Below, in pieces: positions 6,495 to 15,055 of a stretch of 17,004 nucleotides of DNA. The DNA is taken from NCBI GenBank assembly GCA_964475435.1, contig CAYYWT010000024.1, positions 1-17,004 of the forward strand. The letters are read 5' to 3'. The position numbers and the translations under genes are program-made. How positions within the stretch are numbered: the first letter of the stretch is position 1; every line of letters starts with the position of its first letter. The notes below the pieces were generated by a model. The model worked only from the letters and a program-made list of their open reading frames with translations, did no database searches and was not told the DNA's origin. This DNA is from an uncultured Eubacteriales bacterium. GTDB lineage: Bacteria > Bacillota > Clostridia > TANB77 > RGIG9151.

Positions 6495-7424
6495 ATGAAG
6501 TCTAAAGTTTTGGTTGTAGCCGGACCTACTGCGTCCGGGAAAACGAAAATAGGAGTAGAATTGGCAAAAAGATTAGATGGAGAGATAATATCTGCTGATT
6601 CTATGCAGATTTATAAATATATGAATATAGGAACTGCAAAGCCCAATATAGAGGAAATGCAAGGAATTCCTCATCATTTAATTGATTTTCTTGAATTAGG
6701 AGAGAATTTTAGTGTTGTTCAATATAAAGAAATGGCGACAGCATGTATAGAAGATATACTGTCGAGAGGGAAAGTACCTATTTTTGTTGGTGGAACCGGC
6801 TTGTATATAAATAGTGTAACTGAAGAAATAAAATATGATGAAACTGCTGAAAATAAAGAAATAAGAGAAAAACTTGAAAAAATAGCTGAACTTGAAGGAA
6901 ATGAAGGGTTATATGCGAAACTTAAAGAGGTAGATATTGATACATATAATAGACTTCATTTAAATGATACAAAACGTATCATAAGAGCGTTAGAAGTGTT
7001 TGAGGCTACTGGAATTACTATTTCTGAACATCAAAAATTGTCTAAAGAAATAGAAAAAAAATACGATTATAAAATTGTAGGTTTATGGATTGAACGTGAG
7101 AGACTATATGATAGAATAAACCGTAGAGTAGATTTGATGGTCGAAAATGGTTTGGAAGATGAGGCAAGAAATATAATCGGTAAGCTTAAAAATGAAGGAA
7201 AAGTTACTTCTTTTCAAGCTATTGGATATAAAGAATTTTTAAAGTATTTTGAAGGAGAAATCAGTTTTGATGATGCGATTGCTTCTATAAAGCAAGAATC
7301 GCGTAGATATGCTAAACGCCAAGTTACATGGTTTAAGCGGACTAATGGGTTAAAATGGATAGATGTTGAGCGTGATATAAATGAAGTTTTAGAAGATATT
7401 ATTAATTATTACGAGGAGGAATAA
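6495..7424 (+). CDS. miaA: tRNA dimethylallyltransferase
   Basis: P-loop [24 protein letters not shown] and the rest match the MiaA pattern. Classic miaA-hfq synteny. Confidence 0.95.
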   Translation: MKSKVLVVAGPTASGKTKIGVELAKRLDGEIISADSMQIYKYMNIGTAKPNIEEMQGIPHHLIDFLELGENFSVVQYKEMATACIEDILSRGKVPIFVGGTGLYINSVTEEIKYDETAENKEIREKLEKIAELEGNEGLYAKLKEVDIDTYNRLHLNDTKRIIRALEVFEATGITISEHQKLSKEIEKKYDYKIVGLWIERERLYDRINRRVDLMVENGLEDEARNIIGKLKNEGKVTSFQAIGYKEFLKYFEGEISFDDAIASIKQESRRYAKRQVTWFKRTNGLKWIDVERDINEVLEDIINYYEEE

Positions 7425-7426
7425 AT

Positions 7427-7690
7427 ATGGCGAATTTACAGGATTTATTTTTAAATCAGGCTAGAAAGGATAAAGTTATAGTAAGTATATACTTAACTAG
7501 TGGTTTTCAATATAGAGGAATAGTAAAAGGGTTTGATAATTTTGTTATAATGCTTGAAAATGATGGAAAGCAATCTCTTATTTATAAACATGCTATTGCG
7601 ACTATTATTCCAACTAAAAATGTAAAAACGATGTTAGGAACTGAAGATCAGCCATTTGACTTTGTAGAGAGTTCAAATCAAATATTATAG
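7427..7690 (+). CDS. hfq: RNA chaperone Hfq
   Basis: Sm1/Sm2 motifs ([28 protein letters not shown]...L....[10 protein letters not shown]). RBS GAGGAGGA lies in the miaA 3' end, with a 2-nt gap. Confidence 0.93.
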   Translation: MANLQDLFLNQARKDKVIVSIYLTSGFQYRGIVKGFDNFVIMLENDGKQSLIYKHAIATIIPTKNVKTMLGTEDQPFDFVESSNQIL

Positions 7691-7730
7691 AGGTTTATTG
7701 AAAATTTACTAAAGATAAAGTGGAGGAAGT

Positions 7731-8963
7731 ATGGATACCGCAAATAAGGTTTATCGAAGGAAAAAAAGAGGAATAAGATGGGGTAGAGTTGTAATAATTG
7801 CATTAATATGTGCATATATTATAATGTTTGTCTACACCTTTTTTGCGCAGTCCATAGAAACTACGAATATTGTATATGGAAATTTAGAAATGGCTGAAAC
7901 AGTATATGGCTATATAACTAGAAACGAACAAATTGTTACAAGTAACTTAGATGGTGAATTATATCCGGTTATGGACGAGGGAGAAAGAGTTTCTAAAGGT
8001 CAGGCGGTTGCAGTAGTAAAAAATGATAATAGTGAGGTTATTTCTAGTAAAATAAAGGAAATTACGAAAAAAATGAGTGCTTTTTCGACACCTAGTATTT
8101 TTAACAAAGATATAATGCTATTAGATAATGAATCGAATGAAATATTGGAAAAATTGGCGGTAAGTAATTATAATGAAAGTTTTTCGGCGCTTAAAGAGAC
8201 GAAAAATAAAATAGAAACAAAACTTAATAAAAAGTCTTCAATTATAGGTGAGAACAGTGCAAAGGGATCGGCAGAGCGTACATATTATGAAGAATTAAAG
8301 AAATATGAAGCGCAACTTACGTATTCTCAGCAAGAATTAACTGCTCCGATTGCGGGAACAGTTGCATATAAGTTAGACGGATATGAAAATGTTTTTGCCA
8401 AAAAAGCAGTTTCCGATTACGATGTATCGACTTTAGAGGAGTTAAATATACCGGTTGGAGAACTTGTAGGTTCTATAAAACCTAATTCATTTAAAATAGT
8501 AGATAATATAGAAGGGTATATAACTGTTGTGTCCGGTTCGGAAGAAGCACTAAATACTGCTGTTGATAAGAAGGTAAAATTGAGATTTTCGGAGATAAGT
8601 CAGGATGAAATTACCGGAAAAGTTGAATTTTTAAGTTTCGAAGATGACAAAGCCGTTATTACATTTAGAATTAATCGTGGGATTGAAAGTTTAATTAATT
8701 ATCGAAAAGTAAAAGTGGATATAATTTGGGATAATGAAAGTGGGATGAAAGTACCATCTAAATCTATAAAGTTTTCTGAAGATGGAAATAAGATTTTTAC
8801 GGTAAATGGTAATCGCGTTATAGAAAAAGATATAGAAGTGGTTGCAAACTGGAACGGAGAAGCAATTATCGAAGGAAAAGACAGCAGTTTATTTTTGTAT
8901 GATGAAATTGCGTTAGATGCGTCTAAGGTTAATTCTAAAAAAATAATTATTTCTGAAAAATAA
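7731..8963 (+). CDS. HlyD-family (membrane-fusion-like) protein with N-terminal TM anchor
   Basis: TM helix near the N-terminus. Barrel-sandwich motifs (EGERVSKGQAVAVV ... LTAPIAGTVAY) flank a coiled-coil stretch. RBS GGAGG. No terminator between hfq and this gene. Confidence 0.6.
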   Translation: MDTANKVYRRKKRGIRWGRVVIIALICAYIIMFVYTFFAQSIETTNIVYGNLEMAETVYGYITRNEQIVTSNLDGELYPVMDEGERVSKGQAVAVVKNDNSEVISSKIKEITKKMSAFSTPSIFNKDIMLLDNESNEILEKLAVSNYNESFSALKETKNKIETKLNKKSSIIGENSAKGSAERTYYEELKKYEAQLTYSQQELTAPIAGTVAYKLDGYENVFAKKAVSDYDVSTLEELNIPVGELVGSIKPNSFKIVDNIEGYITVVSGSEEALNTAVDKKVKLRFSEISQDEITGKVEFLSFEDDKAVITFRINRGIESLINYRKVKVDIIWDNESGMKVPSKSIKFSEDGNKIFTVNGNRVIEKDIEVVANWNGEAIIEGKDSSLFLYDEIALDASKVNSKKIIISEK

Positions 8964-9064
8964 CTAAAGTTTTTTATTACGATGACGATATATGGGTTGG
9001 AATGAATACTAAAGAGATATATTGAGTGAAAATCAATATAAAAAATACGCAGGGAGGTTTGAAT

Positions 9065-9517
9065 ATGTCAGCTTTAATCAACAAGATGTTGAATTTAGTC
9101 GGCTTCGATAATGAAGAAGAACTCATGGAAGAGGAAGGTTACAGTTCAAATACATCAAATAGTAATCAAGAAAATGTAAAGGGAAATGCTAATCCATTTA
9201 AGAAAAATTCTAAAGTGGTTAATCTTTCTGATGCGAATCAACTTAAACTAGTTGTTATGCAACCGAATTCATTTGATGATGCTCAAGATGTATGTGATCA
9301 CTTAAAGGAGAAAAAACCGGTAGTAATAAATCTGGAATATGCGGACAAGGATACTGCTAGAAGGCTTATTGACTTTTTAAGCGGTGCAGTTTATGGCATA
9401 GACGGTCATATTGAAAAAGTTTCTACGTCTATATTTTTGTTAGTACCTTATAATGTTGATATTTTAAACACAGCAAAAGAAGATAAAAACAAGGGAACGT
9501 TTTCCTGGATAAAGTAA
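9065..9517 (+). CDS. sepF: cell division protein SepF
   Basis: ATG at 9065 lies after CAGGGAGG, so the track's GTG at 9026 is an over-extension. The conserved SepF core is VVMQPNSFDDAQDVCDHLKEKKPVVINL...ARRLIDFLSGAVYGIDG. Confidence 0.9.
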   Translation: MSALINKMLNLVGFDNEEELMEEEGYSSNTSNSNQENVKGNANPFKKNSKVVNLSDANQLKLVVMQPNSFDDAQDVCDHLKEKKPVVINLEYADKDTARRLIDFLSGAVYGIDGHIEKVSTSIFLLVPYNVDILNTAKEDKNKGTFSWIK

Positions 9518-9530
9518 TATTGGGAGTTAG

Positions 9531-9561
9531 TAAGGTCCGCACATTATGTGTATGGACCTTA
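9531..9561 (+). terminator. hairpin between sepF and divIVA (possible weak terminator or attenuator)
   Basis: TAAGGTCC (9531-9538) pairs with GGACCTTA (9554-9561), with a further short inner stem. The downstream T-tract is poor (TTGTGTTATTG). Confidence 0.3.
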
Positions 9562-9602
9562 TTGTGTTATTGCACATTTATTAGGAAAGGGAGTGGATTG
9601 AT

Positions 9603-10037
9603 ATGCTTACACCACTTGAATTAGAAAAAAACGAGTTTAAAGGCGGAATAGGATATTCTAAGCGTTCGGTGAACGAATTTTATGATAAACTTAGAGCGGA
9701 TTATGAGACTATATATAAAGAAAATATTGAATTAAAGGATAAGATTTCGTTAATGAATGATGCGATTAGCCAGTATAAAGCTATGGAAGAAGTATTGAAA
9801 ACTGCTATGATAAATGCTCAAACTTCTGCTGAAGAAATTAAAAAGAATGCTCAGGAAAAGGCTGAAAATATAATCCAAGAGGCTGAATTTTTGGCTCAAA
9901 AGAATCGTGAATTTTCTAACCAAGAAGTTATTGACGCAAAAGCTGAAGTTGAGAATTTACGAAAAGAGATGCAAGTGTATAAAGCAAAGGTTGAGGCGAT
10001 TTTAAAGTCTCAAATGGAGATGCTAAGTGAGATATAA
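9603..10037 (+). CDS. divIVA: DivIVA-domain protein
   Basis: N-terminal MLTPLELEKNEFKGGIGYSKRSVNEF matches the DivIVA lipid-binding domain signature, followed by a coiled coil. Lies next to sepF. Confidence 0.85.
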   Translation: MLTPLELEKNEFKGGIGYSKRSVNEFYDKLRADYETIYKENIELKDKISLMNDAISQYKAMEEVLKTAMINAQTSAEEIKKNAQEKAENIIQEAEFLAQKNREFSNQEVIDAKAEVENLRKEMQVYKAKVEAILKSQMEMLSEI

Positions 10038-10065
10038 AAAAGGTGGACTAAAGTCCACCTTTTTT
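10036..10065. terminator. bidirectional intrinsic terminator between convergent divIVA and the BI-1 family gene
   Basis: A6, GGTGGAC (10042-10048), loop TAAA, GTCCACC (10053-10059), T6. The T-run overlaps the stop codon of the minus-strand gene. Confidence 0.8.
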
Positions 10066-10771
10066 AGTCTCTGCTTTTTCCGAAAATTCTAAGTAACTCT
10101 AAAAATAAATTGATAAAATCTAAATATAGAGTTAAAGCTCCGATTATTGCGAATTTTGTAGTAAATTCGTTGTCGTTTCCGATTTGATAAGCCATTGATT
10201 TTATTCTTTGGACATCATATGCCGTTAATCCTACGAAGATGACAATGGCAAGTATAGCTATTATAAATGAAAAAGTATTATTTAGTATAAATAGATTTAC
10301 TAAGCTTGCAAGTATTATTCCTACTAATCCCATAAGTAAAATCGAACCGATTTTAGATAAATCCTTCTTTGTAGTATAACCGTATAACGCCATTATTCCA
10401 AACATTCCGGCAGCTATAAAAAATACGCTGGCAATTGATTCGAAGGTATAGGCTAAAAATATGGTTGAAAGGGTTAGACCGTTTACTACTGAATATAGTA
10501 AAAATGAAGTTATTGCAGCACCCTTACTCATTTTATGGACTCTTGCGGTAAGTACGATTACCAGTACAAGTTCAGCAATTAAAAGCCCTATCCAATAAAT
10601 ATTATTGGTAAAAATTTTTTCTAGAAGCCAAGGCGTAGTAGCAGTATAAAACGCAGTGGCTCCGGTTACTAAAAGTCCGCCGAACATCCAACCGAAAATT
10701 TTTGAAAATACGTCTGAAATGCTTTGTTCTTTACTTCCGTACATATCTACAATTACATCAGAATTATTCAT
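10064..10771 (-). CDS. BAX inhibitor-1/YccA family (TMBIM) membrane protein
   Basis: 235 aa with about 7 TM helices. Family-typical C-terminal region (GLTAYDVQRIK ... GALTLYLDFINLFLELLRIFG). Strong RBS AAGGAGGGG. Confidence 0.85.
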   Translation of the reverse strand: MNNSDVIVDMYGSKEQSISDVFSKIFGWMFGGLLVTGATAFYTATTPWLLEKIFTNNIYWIGLLIAELVLVIVLTARVHKMSKGAAITSFLLYSVVNGLTLSTIFLAYTFESIASVFFIAAGMFGIMALYGYTTKKDLSKIGSILLMGLVGIILASLVNLFILNNTFSFIIAILAIVIFVGLTAYDVQRIKSMAYQIGNDNEFTTKFAIIGALTLYLDFINLFLELLRIFGKSRD

Positions 10772-10798
10772 AAAATCCCCTCCTTAAATATTAGTATT

Positions 10799-10827
10799 AT
10801 ATTATCATAAAAAAATAAAAATATCCA
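10799..10827 (-). promoter_or_regulatory. candidate promoter of the BI-1 family gene
   Basis: On the minus strand: TGGATA (10827-10822), 17 nt, TGaTAATAT extended -10 (hexamer 10804-10799). Confidence 0.35.
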
Positions 10828-10875
10828 TACGTAAAATACACATTTGGCCCAGAAATGTATCAAGCTTCTATGTTC

Positions 10876-10910
10876 TATACATTTTTTCTATGTAATCGAA
10901 AAAATGTATA
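10876..10910. promoter_or_regulatory. perfect 12-bp inverted repeat (operator-like) in a divergent promoter region
   Basis: TATACATTTTTT (10876-10887), 11-nt spacer, AAAAAATGTATA (10899-10910). Further AATGTAT-like copies lie at 10853-10860, 10921-10928 and 10981-10990. Confidence 0.4.
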
Positions 10911-11011
10911 TTTTTTTAGCATTGTATGAAAGTACTAAAGCAAATTCCGTAGTTCAAATGCAATAAATTTTACTCCAATACAATGTATATGAAAAAAATA
11001 ATGAACATAGA

Positions 11012-11041
11012 TTGAAATTAGTCGACAAAAAAGTATATAAT
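11012..11041 (+). promoter_or_regulatory. candidate sigma-A promoter of the SPFH/Zn-ribbon/TPM unit
   Basis: TTGAAA (11012-11017), then TATATA at 16 nt or TATAAT (11036-11041) at 18 nt. Confidence 0.5.
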
Positions 11042-11075
11042 ATCTTTGGATATTAAAAAAACGGGAGGTAATATT

Positions 11076-12308
11076 ATGGGATTAATTAAAGCAGCTTTTG
11101 GAGCGGTAAGTAGTACATTATCTGATCAATGGAAAGAGGCTTTGCGTTGTGAAGAAATGGGAAATGATGTATTAATGATAAAGAAAACTACGCCAAATGG
11201 CGTTATTTCGAATAAAAGTACGATTATTGTAGGACCGGGTCAGGTGGCTATTATTTACGATAATGGTAGGATTGTTGATGCGACGGCTGAGGAAGGTGTT
11301 TATACGTTTGACAGTTCTTCTACTCCTTCTTTGTTTGCAGGACAATGGGGTGGAATGTTTAAAGAAATGTGGCAAAGATTTACATATAATGGTGCTACTG
11401 CTAAAGAGCAAGCTGTTTATTTCTTTAATACAAAAGAGATAATCGGTAACAAGTTCGGTACTCCGAATCCTGTTCCTTATAAAGACTGGGGACATCCAAT
11501 AATGAATGCTAGAACGAATAGCTATATTGCTATGAGTGTAAAGGTAAAATGTTTCGGAACATATACAATTCAGATTGATGATCCGTTTTTGTTTATGTCT
11601 AAAATTGCAGGCCTTTCTGAAGTTTATACAAAAGATCAGCTAGTTGAACAAATAAGGTCTGAGGTTGTTGGTGCTTTTTCTAATGTTATGAATGGACTTG
11701 GTAGCGATAAATATAAAATTGAAGTATTGGAACTTCCTAATAAAACTGACGAAATTAAGCAAATAATGGATCAAGAAGTTTTTGATAAACCTATTCGTGA
11801 ACGTGGAATAAAGATAGTATCGTTTATTGTTGAAAGTTTAACGTTAGATGATGAGTCGAGTGAAAAAATTGACAATTATGAAATTGGCGGAGATGCTTAC
11901 CAACAACAAGGTGTGCTTACAGGTGCATATGCTAACGCTATACAAGGGGCTGCCAATAATGCGAATGGTGCTGCTAATGGTTTTATGGGAATTGGTATGA
12001 TGAATATGGCGACAAACGGAATGAATATGGGAGCAGCGTTTAATAATGCTCAGCCTATGCAACCTAATCCTTCGGTACTAAACCAAAATCCAATTAGTAA
12101 TGCTACTCCAAGTCAACCGGAAAATACGGTTACACCGAACGAAACAATTAAATCTAACGGAGCTGTGTGTACAAAATGCGGAAATCCTGTAAGCGGAAAG
12201 TTTTGCAGTAATTGTGGTGCGCCTGTTATTCAAAAGAAATTTTGCAGTAATTGCGGAACAGAAGTGACAGGAAATTTTTGCACAAATTGCGGAACGAAGG
12301 CTGAATAA
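11076..12308 (+). CDS. SPFH-domain protein (YdjI-like, virion-core-protein-like family) fused to a C-terminal double zinc ribbon
   Basis: ATG at 11076 lies after ACGGGAGG, so the track's TTG at 11046 is rejected. N-terminus MGLIKAAFG...VGPGQVAIIYDNGRIVD is typical of the YdjI/COG4260-type SPFH family. A G/A/N/M/Q-rich linker follows, then two CxxC-x9-CxxC ribbons. Confidence 0.75.
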   Translation: MGLIKAAFGAVSSTLSDQWKEALRCEEMGNDVLMIKKTTPNGVISNKSTIIVGPGQVAIIYDNGRIVDATAEEGVYTFDSSSTPSLFAGQWGGMFKEMWQRFTYNGATAKEQAVYFFNTKEIIGNKFGTPNPVPYKDWGHPIMNARTNSYIAMSVKVKCFGTYTIQIDDPFLFMSKIAGLSEVYTKDQLVEQIRSEVVGAFSNVMNGLGSDKYKIEVLELPNKTDEIKQIMDQEVFDKPIRERGIKIVSFIVESLTLDDESSEKIDNYEIGGDAYQQQGVLTGAYANAIQGAANNANGAANGFMGIGMMNMATNGMNMGAAFNNAQPMQPNPSVLNQNPISNATPSQPENTVTPNETIKSNGAVCTKCGNPVSGKFCSNCGAPVIQKKFCSNCGTEVTGNFCTNCGTKAE

Positions 12309-12324
12309 CTGAGGAGGAAGTTTA

Positions 12325-13371
12325 ATGAACGCAACTGATCATAAATGTCCTGCGTGTTCGGCGTCTTTGCCGTTTAACCCTGAAACGGGTAATTGGAAAT
12401 GCGAATATTGCGGAACGGAATATACTCTAGAAGAACTTGAAAAGTTTGAGGCTAAGAATAGAGAACGTGAGGAACGAAGAAGTAGATATTCTGCTAAGAA
12501 AATGGACGTAGATGAGTATAGTTGTCCTAATTGTGGGGCTAAAATTATTACTGACGAAAATACGGCGGCTACTTTTTGCGTGTATTGTGGTAGTACTTCT
12601 ATTATAAAAAATCGCATTTCTGATATGTTAGAGCCTAAATTTATTATTCCGTTTAAAACTACAAAGACACAGGCAATAGACGCTTTTAAGAAATGTACAA
12701 AAGGTAAATTGTTTGCTCCTAAAGATTTTGCTAAGAAAGAGCAAATAGAAAAAATATCCGGAATTTATATACCTTTTTGGCTGTATGATTGTGATGTTGA
12801 TGGTAAAATCGAATGCTTAGGAACGAAAACGAGAACATGGCGTTCGGGGGATTATCGTTATACAAAAACGGATACGTATAGGGTAGCAAGAGGCGGAAAT
12901 GCGAAATTCGAAAAGGTACCGGTTGATGGTTCTAAGAAATTTGATGATGATACTATGGATTCGATAGAACCGTTTAATTATGGGGAGTTGACGAATTTTT
13001 CGGTGTCGTATTTATCTGGATTTTTGGCTGAAAAATATGATGTTGATGATGATGAAGCGTACGAAAGAGCTAAACTTCGAATGACAGGGACAATAAAAAA
13101 TGAATTGAAAAATCAAATTGTCGGGTACGATACTATTGTAACTAATTCTGAACAAGTTGATATAGACAATTTGAACACGGATTACGTAATGTTTCCGGTT
13201 TGGTTACTTAATATTAAATATAAAGATAAAATGCACACTTTCGCAATGAACGGTCAAACGGGTAAAATGATAGGAAATATTCCTGTTTGTGTTCCTAAAG
13301 CTTTACTTTGGGCACTAGGAGTATTTTTAGGCAGTTTTGGAATTATATCTTTACTTATGAATTTAATGTAG
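12325..13371 (+). CDS. zinc-ribbon membrane protein (YdjG-like)
   Basis: Two CxxC-x14-CxxC ribbons near the N-terminus, a soluble middle domain and one C-terminal TM helix. RBS GAGGAGGA. 16-nt gap after the SPFH gene. Confidence 0.65.
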   Translation: MNATDHKCPACSASLPFNPETGNWKCEYCGTEYTLEELEKFEAKNREREERRSRYSAKKMDVDEYSCPNCGAKIITDENTAATFCVYCGSTSIIKNRISDMLEPKFIIPFKTTKTQAIDAFKKCTKGKLFAPKDFAKKEQIEKISGIYIPFWLYDCDVDGKIECLGTKTRTWRSGDYRYTKTDTYRVARGGNAKFEKVPVDGSKKFDDDTMDSIEPFNYGELTNFSVSYLSGFLAEKYDVDDDEAYERAKLRMTGTIKNELKNQIVGYDTIVTNSEQVDIDNLNTDYVMFPVWLLNIKYKDKMHTFAMNGQTGKMIGNIPVCVPKALLWALGVFLGSFGIISLLMNLM

Positions 13372-13384
13372 GAGGTGGCGAAAG

Positions 13385-14215
13385 TTGAAAAAAATAATTG
13401 TTTTTATGATTATGGTTATATCACTGCTTAATGTTGCTTTTGCTACTTCAAAGTTAAATATTCCGACGGTAGATACGAGCAAGAAAGTTTATGACTTTGC
13501 GGATTTATTGACGACTGCCGAAGAGGATAATTTGTATAATTCCATTACTGAATTTATTGCAAATTATGATTTAGATATGGCTATTGTTACGACTCTTAAA
13601 AATTCTACTTCTGCGATGAGATATGCTGAGGATTTTTATGATTATAACGGATTTGGGACTGATTCTACAAATGACGGAATAATTTTTTTGATTGATATGG
13701 ATAACAGAGAGATGTATATTGCGACTACCGGTATGGCTCAACTTATTTATGACGATTACCGTATAAATAAGATTTTAGATGCTACGTACGATGAAATTAC
13801 GACCGAAGACTATTACGGATGTGCCGGTGAGTTTGTAAGGTTATCCGGAGAGTACGCAAGTATTGGAATTCCGAATAGTAATAAATATGCAGATATTGAC
13901 TTAAATGGTGATTATTATGTTTCCAATACGCATAGAAATGGCGGTATAAGTTTTGAGATTGCATTTGTTATTGCAGGGATAATAACTTTAATATTTATGA
14001 TTATTACATTGTCTAAACATAGAATGATCAAAAAAGCATCTGAAGCTAAACATTATTTGAAAGATATAAGAATAACAAATAGAGTAGACAGCTTTTTACA
14101 TACTCATACGTCGAAGGTTTATATACCGCCGGCAAATACTTCATCAGGTGGAGGTTCGTCAACTCACCACGGCAGTAGTGGAGTAAGTCACGGCGGAGGT
14201 GGAAGAAGATTTTAA
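13385..14215 (+). CDS. TPM-domain protein (YdjH-like) with signal peptide, C-terminal TM helix and Gly/Ser-rich tail
   Basis: TTG start 6 nt after GGAGGTGG. The TPM signature region is VYDFADLLTTAEEDNLYNSITEF....DMAIVTT ... GIIFLIDMDNREMYIATTG. The tail is GGGSSTHHGSSGVSHGGGGRRF. Confidence 0.8.
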   Translation: MKKIIVFMIMVISLLNVAFATSKLNIPTVDTSKKVYDFADLLTTAEEDNLYNSITEFIANYDLDMAIVTTLKNSTSAMRYAEDFYDYNGFGTDSTNDGIIFLIDMDNREMYIATTGMAQLIYDDYRINKILDATYDEITTEDYYGCAGEFVRLSGEYASIGIPNSNKYADIDLNGDYYVSNTHRNGGISFEIAFVIAGIITLIFMIITLSKHRMIKKASEAKHYLKDIRITNRVDSFLHTHTSKVYIPPANTSSGGGSSTHHGSSGVSHGGGGRRF

Positions 14216-14230
14216 GGGAAAGAGGAAAAT

Positions 14231-15034
14231 ATGATAATAAATGATTTTGATATTAATCAAATTGCGGAATCCGGAGAGTGCTTTAGATGGAATAAGATTA
14301 ATGAAAACCATTACTCCGGAATAATAGGAGAAAATTATTGTGAAGTTTTGCAAGATGGAAAAAATGTAGAGTTTTTAGGAATATCTGAGGAAGAAGCTAA
14401 ATATTATTTTGATTTAGATAGAGATTATTCAAAGATAAAAGAATTTTATAGGACTGATGAAGTGTTAAATAAGGCTATTGGTTTTGGTGAGGGGATTAGA
14501 ATACTTAATCAAGACAAATTTGAAACTTTGATTTCTTTTATAATTTCTGCAAATAATAATATACCTCGAATAAAGAAATCTGTTGAAAAAATTGCTCAAA
14601 AATACGGGAAAGAGATTACAGATGGAAAGTTTGCTTTCCCGACTCCTAAAGAGCTGGAAATTGCGACTGAGGAAGAATTAAAAGAAACCGGAGTTGGCTT
14701 TAGGGCTAAGTACATAGTAAATACTTGTCAGGCTATAAATAACGGTTTTGATTTGGAGAAAGTTGCTAAATTGCCTACTAAAGAATGCAAGAGGGAACTT
14801 ATGAAATTAATGGGAGTGGGCCCTAAAGTTGCTGATTGTGTGATGCTTTTTTCTATGGGGAAAACGGATGCTTTCCCGGTTGATGTTTGGATTAAGAGAA
14901 TAATGGAAGAATTGTACATAAAAGAAGAAGTACCGCTTAATCAAATTCAAAAGTACTCGGAAGAAAAGTTTGGAGCGTATGCCGGAATTGCACAACAGTA
15001 CTTATTCTTTTATGCAAGAGATAATTTGAAATAA
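14231..15034 (+). CDS. ogg: 8-oxoguanine DNA glycosylase/AP lyase (OGG1-type HhH-GPD)
   Basis: N-terminal GECFRW motif. HhH-GPD element LMGVGPKVADCVMLF with the catalytic Lys, and the downstream FPVDVW Asp, as in OGG1/clostridial Ogg. Confidence 0.85.
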   Translation: MIINDFDINQIAESGECFRWNKINENHYSGIIGENYCEVLQDGKNVEFLGISEEEAKYYFDLDRDYSKIKEFYRTDEVLNKAIGFGEGIRILNQDKFETLISFIISANNNIPRIKKSVEKIAQKYGKEITDGKFAFPTPKELEIATEEELKETGVGFRAKYIVNTCQAINNGFDLEKVAKLPTKECKRELMKLMGVGPKVADCVMLFSMGKTDAFPVDVWIKRIMEELYIKEEVPLNQIQKYSEEKFGAYAGIAQQYLFFYARDNLK

Positions 15035-15055
15035 AATTTTTAGGAGGGTAACAAA

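Noticed and set aside
11013-11035. Sigma-W type promoter (TGAAAC-N16-CGTA) upstream of the ydjI-like gene, by analogy with B. subtilis
   Set aside because: TGAAAT is present, but the nearest -10-like AGTA is only 13 nt away and lacks the CGTA core. The hexamers fit a sigma-A promoter better.
11172-12617. Minus-strand ORFs 11172-11495, 11844-12062 and 12339-12617
   Set aside because: They are antisense shadows inside the SPFH and zinc-ribbon CDSs, with biased Ser/Arg/Ile composition and no translation signals.
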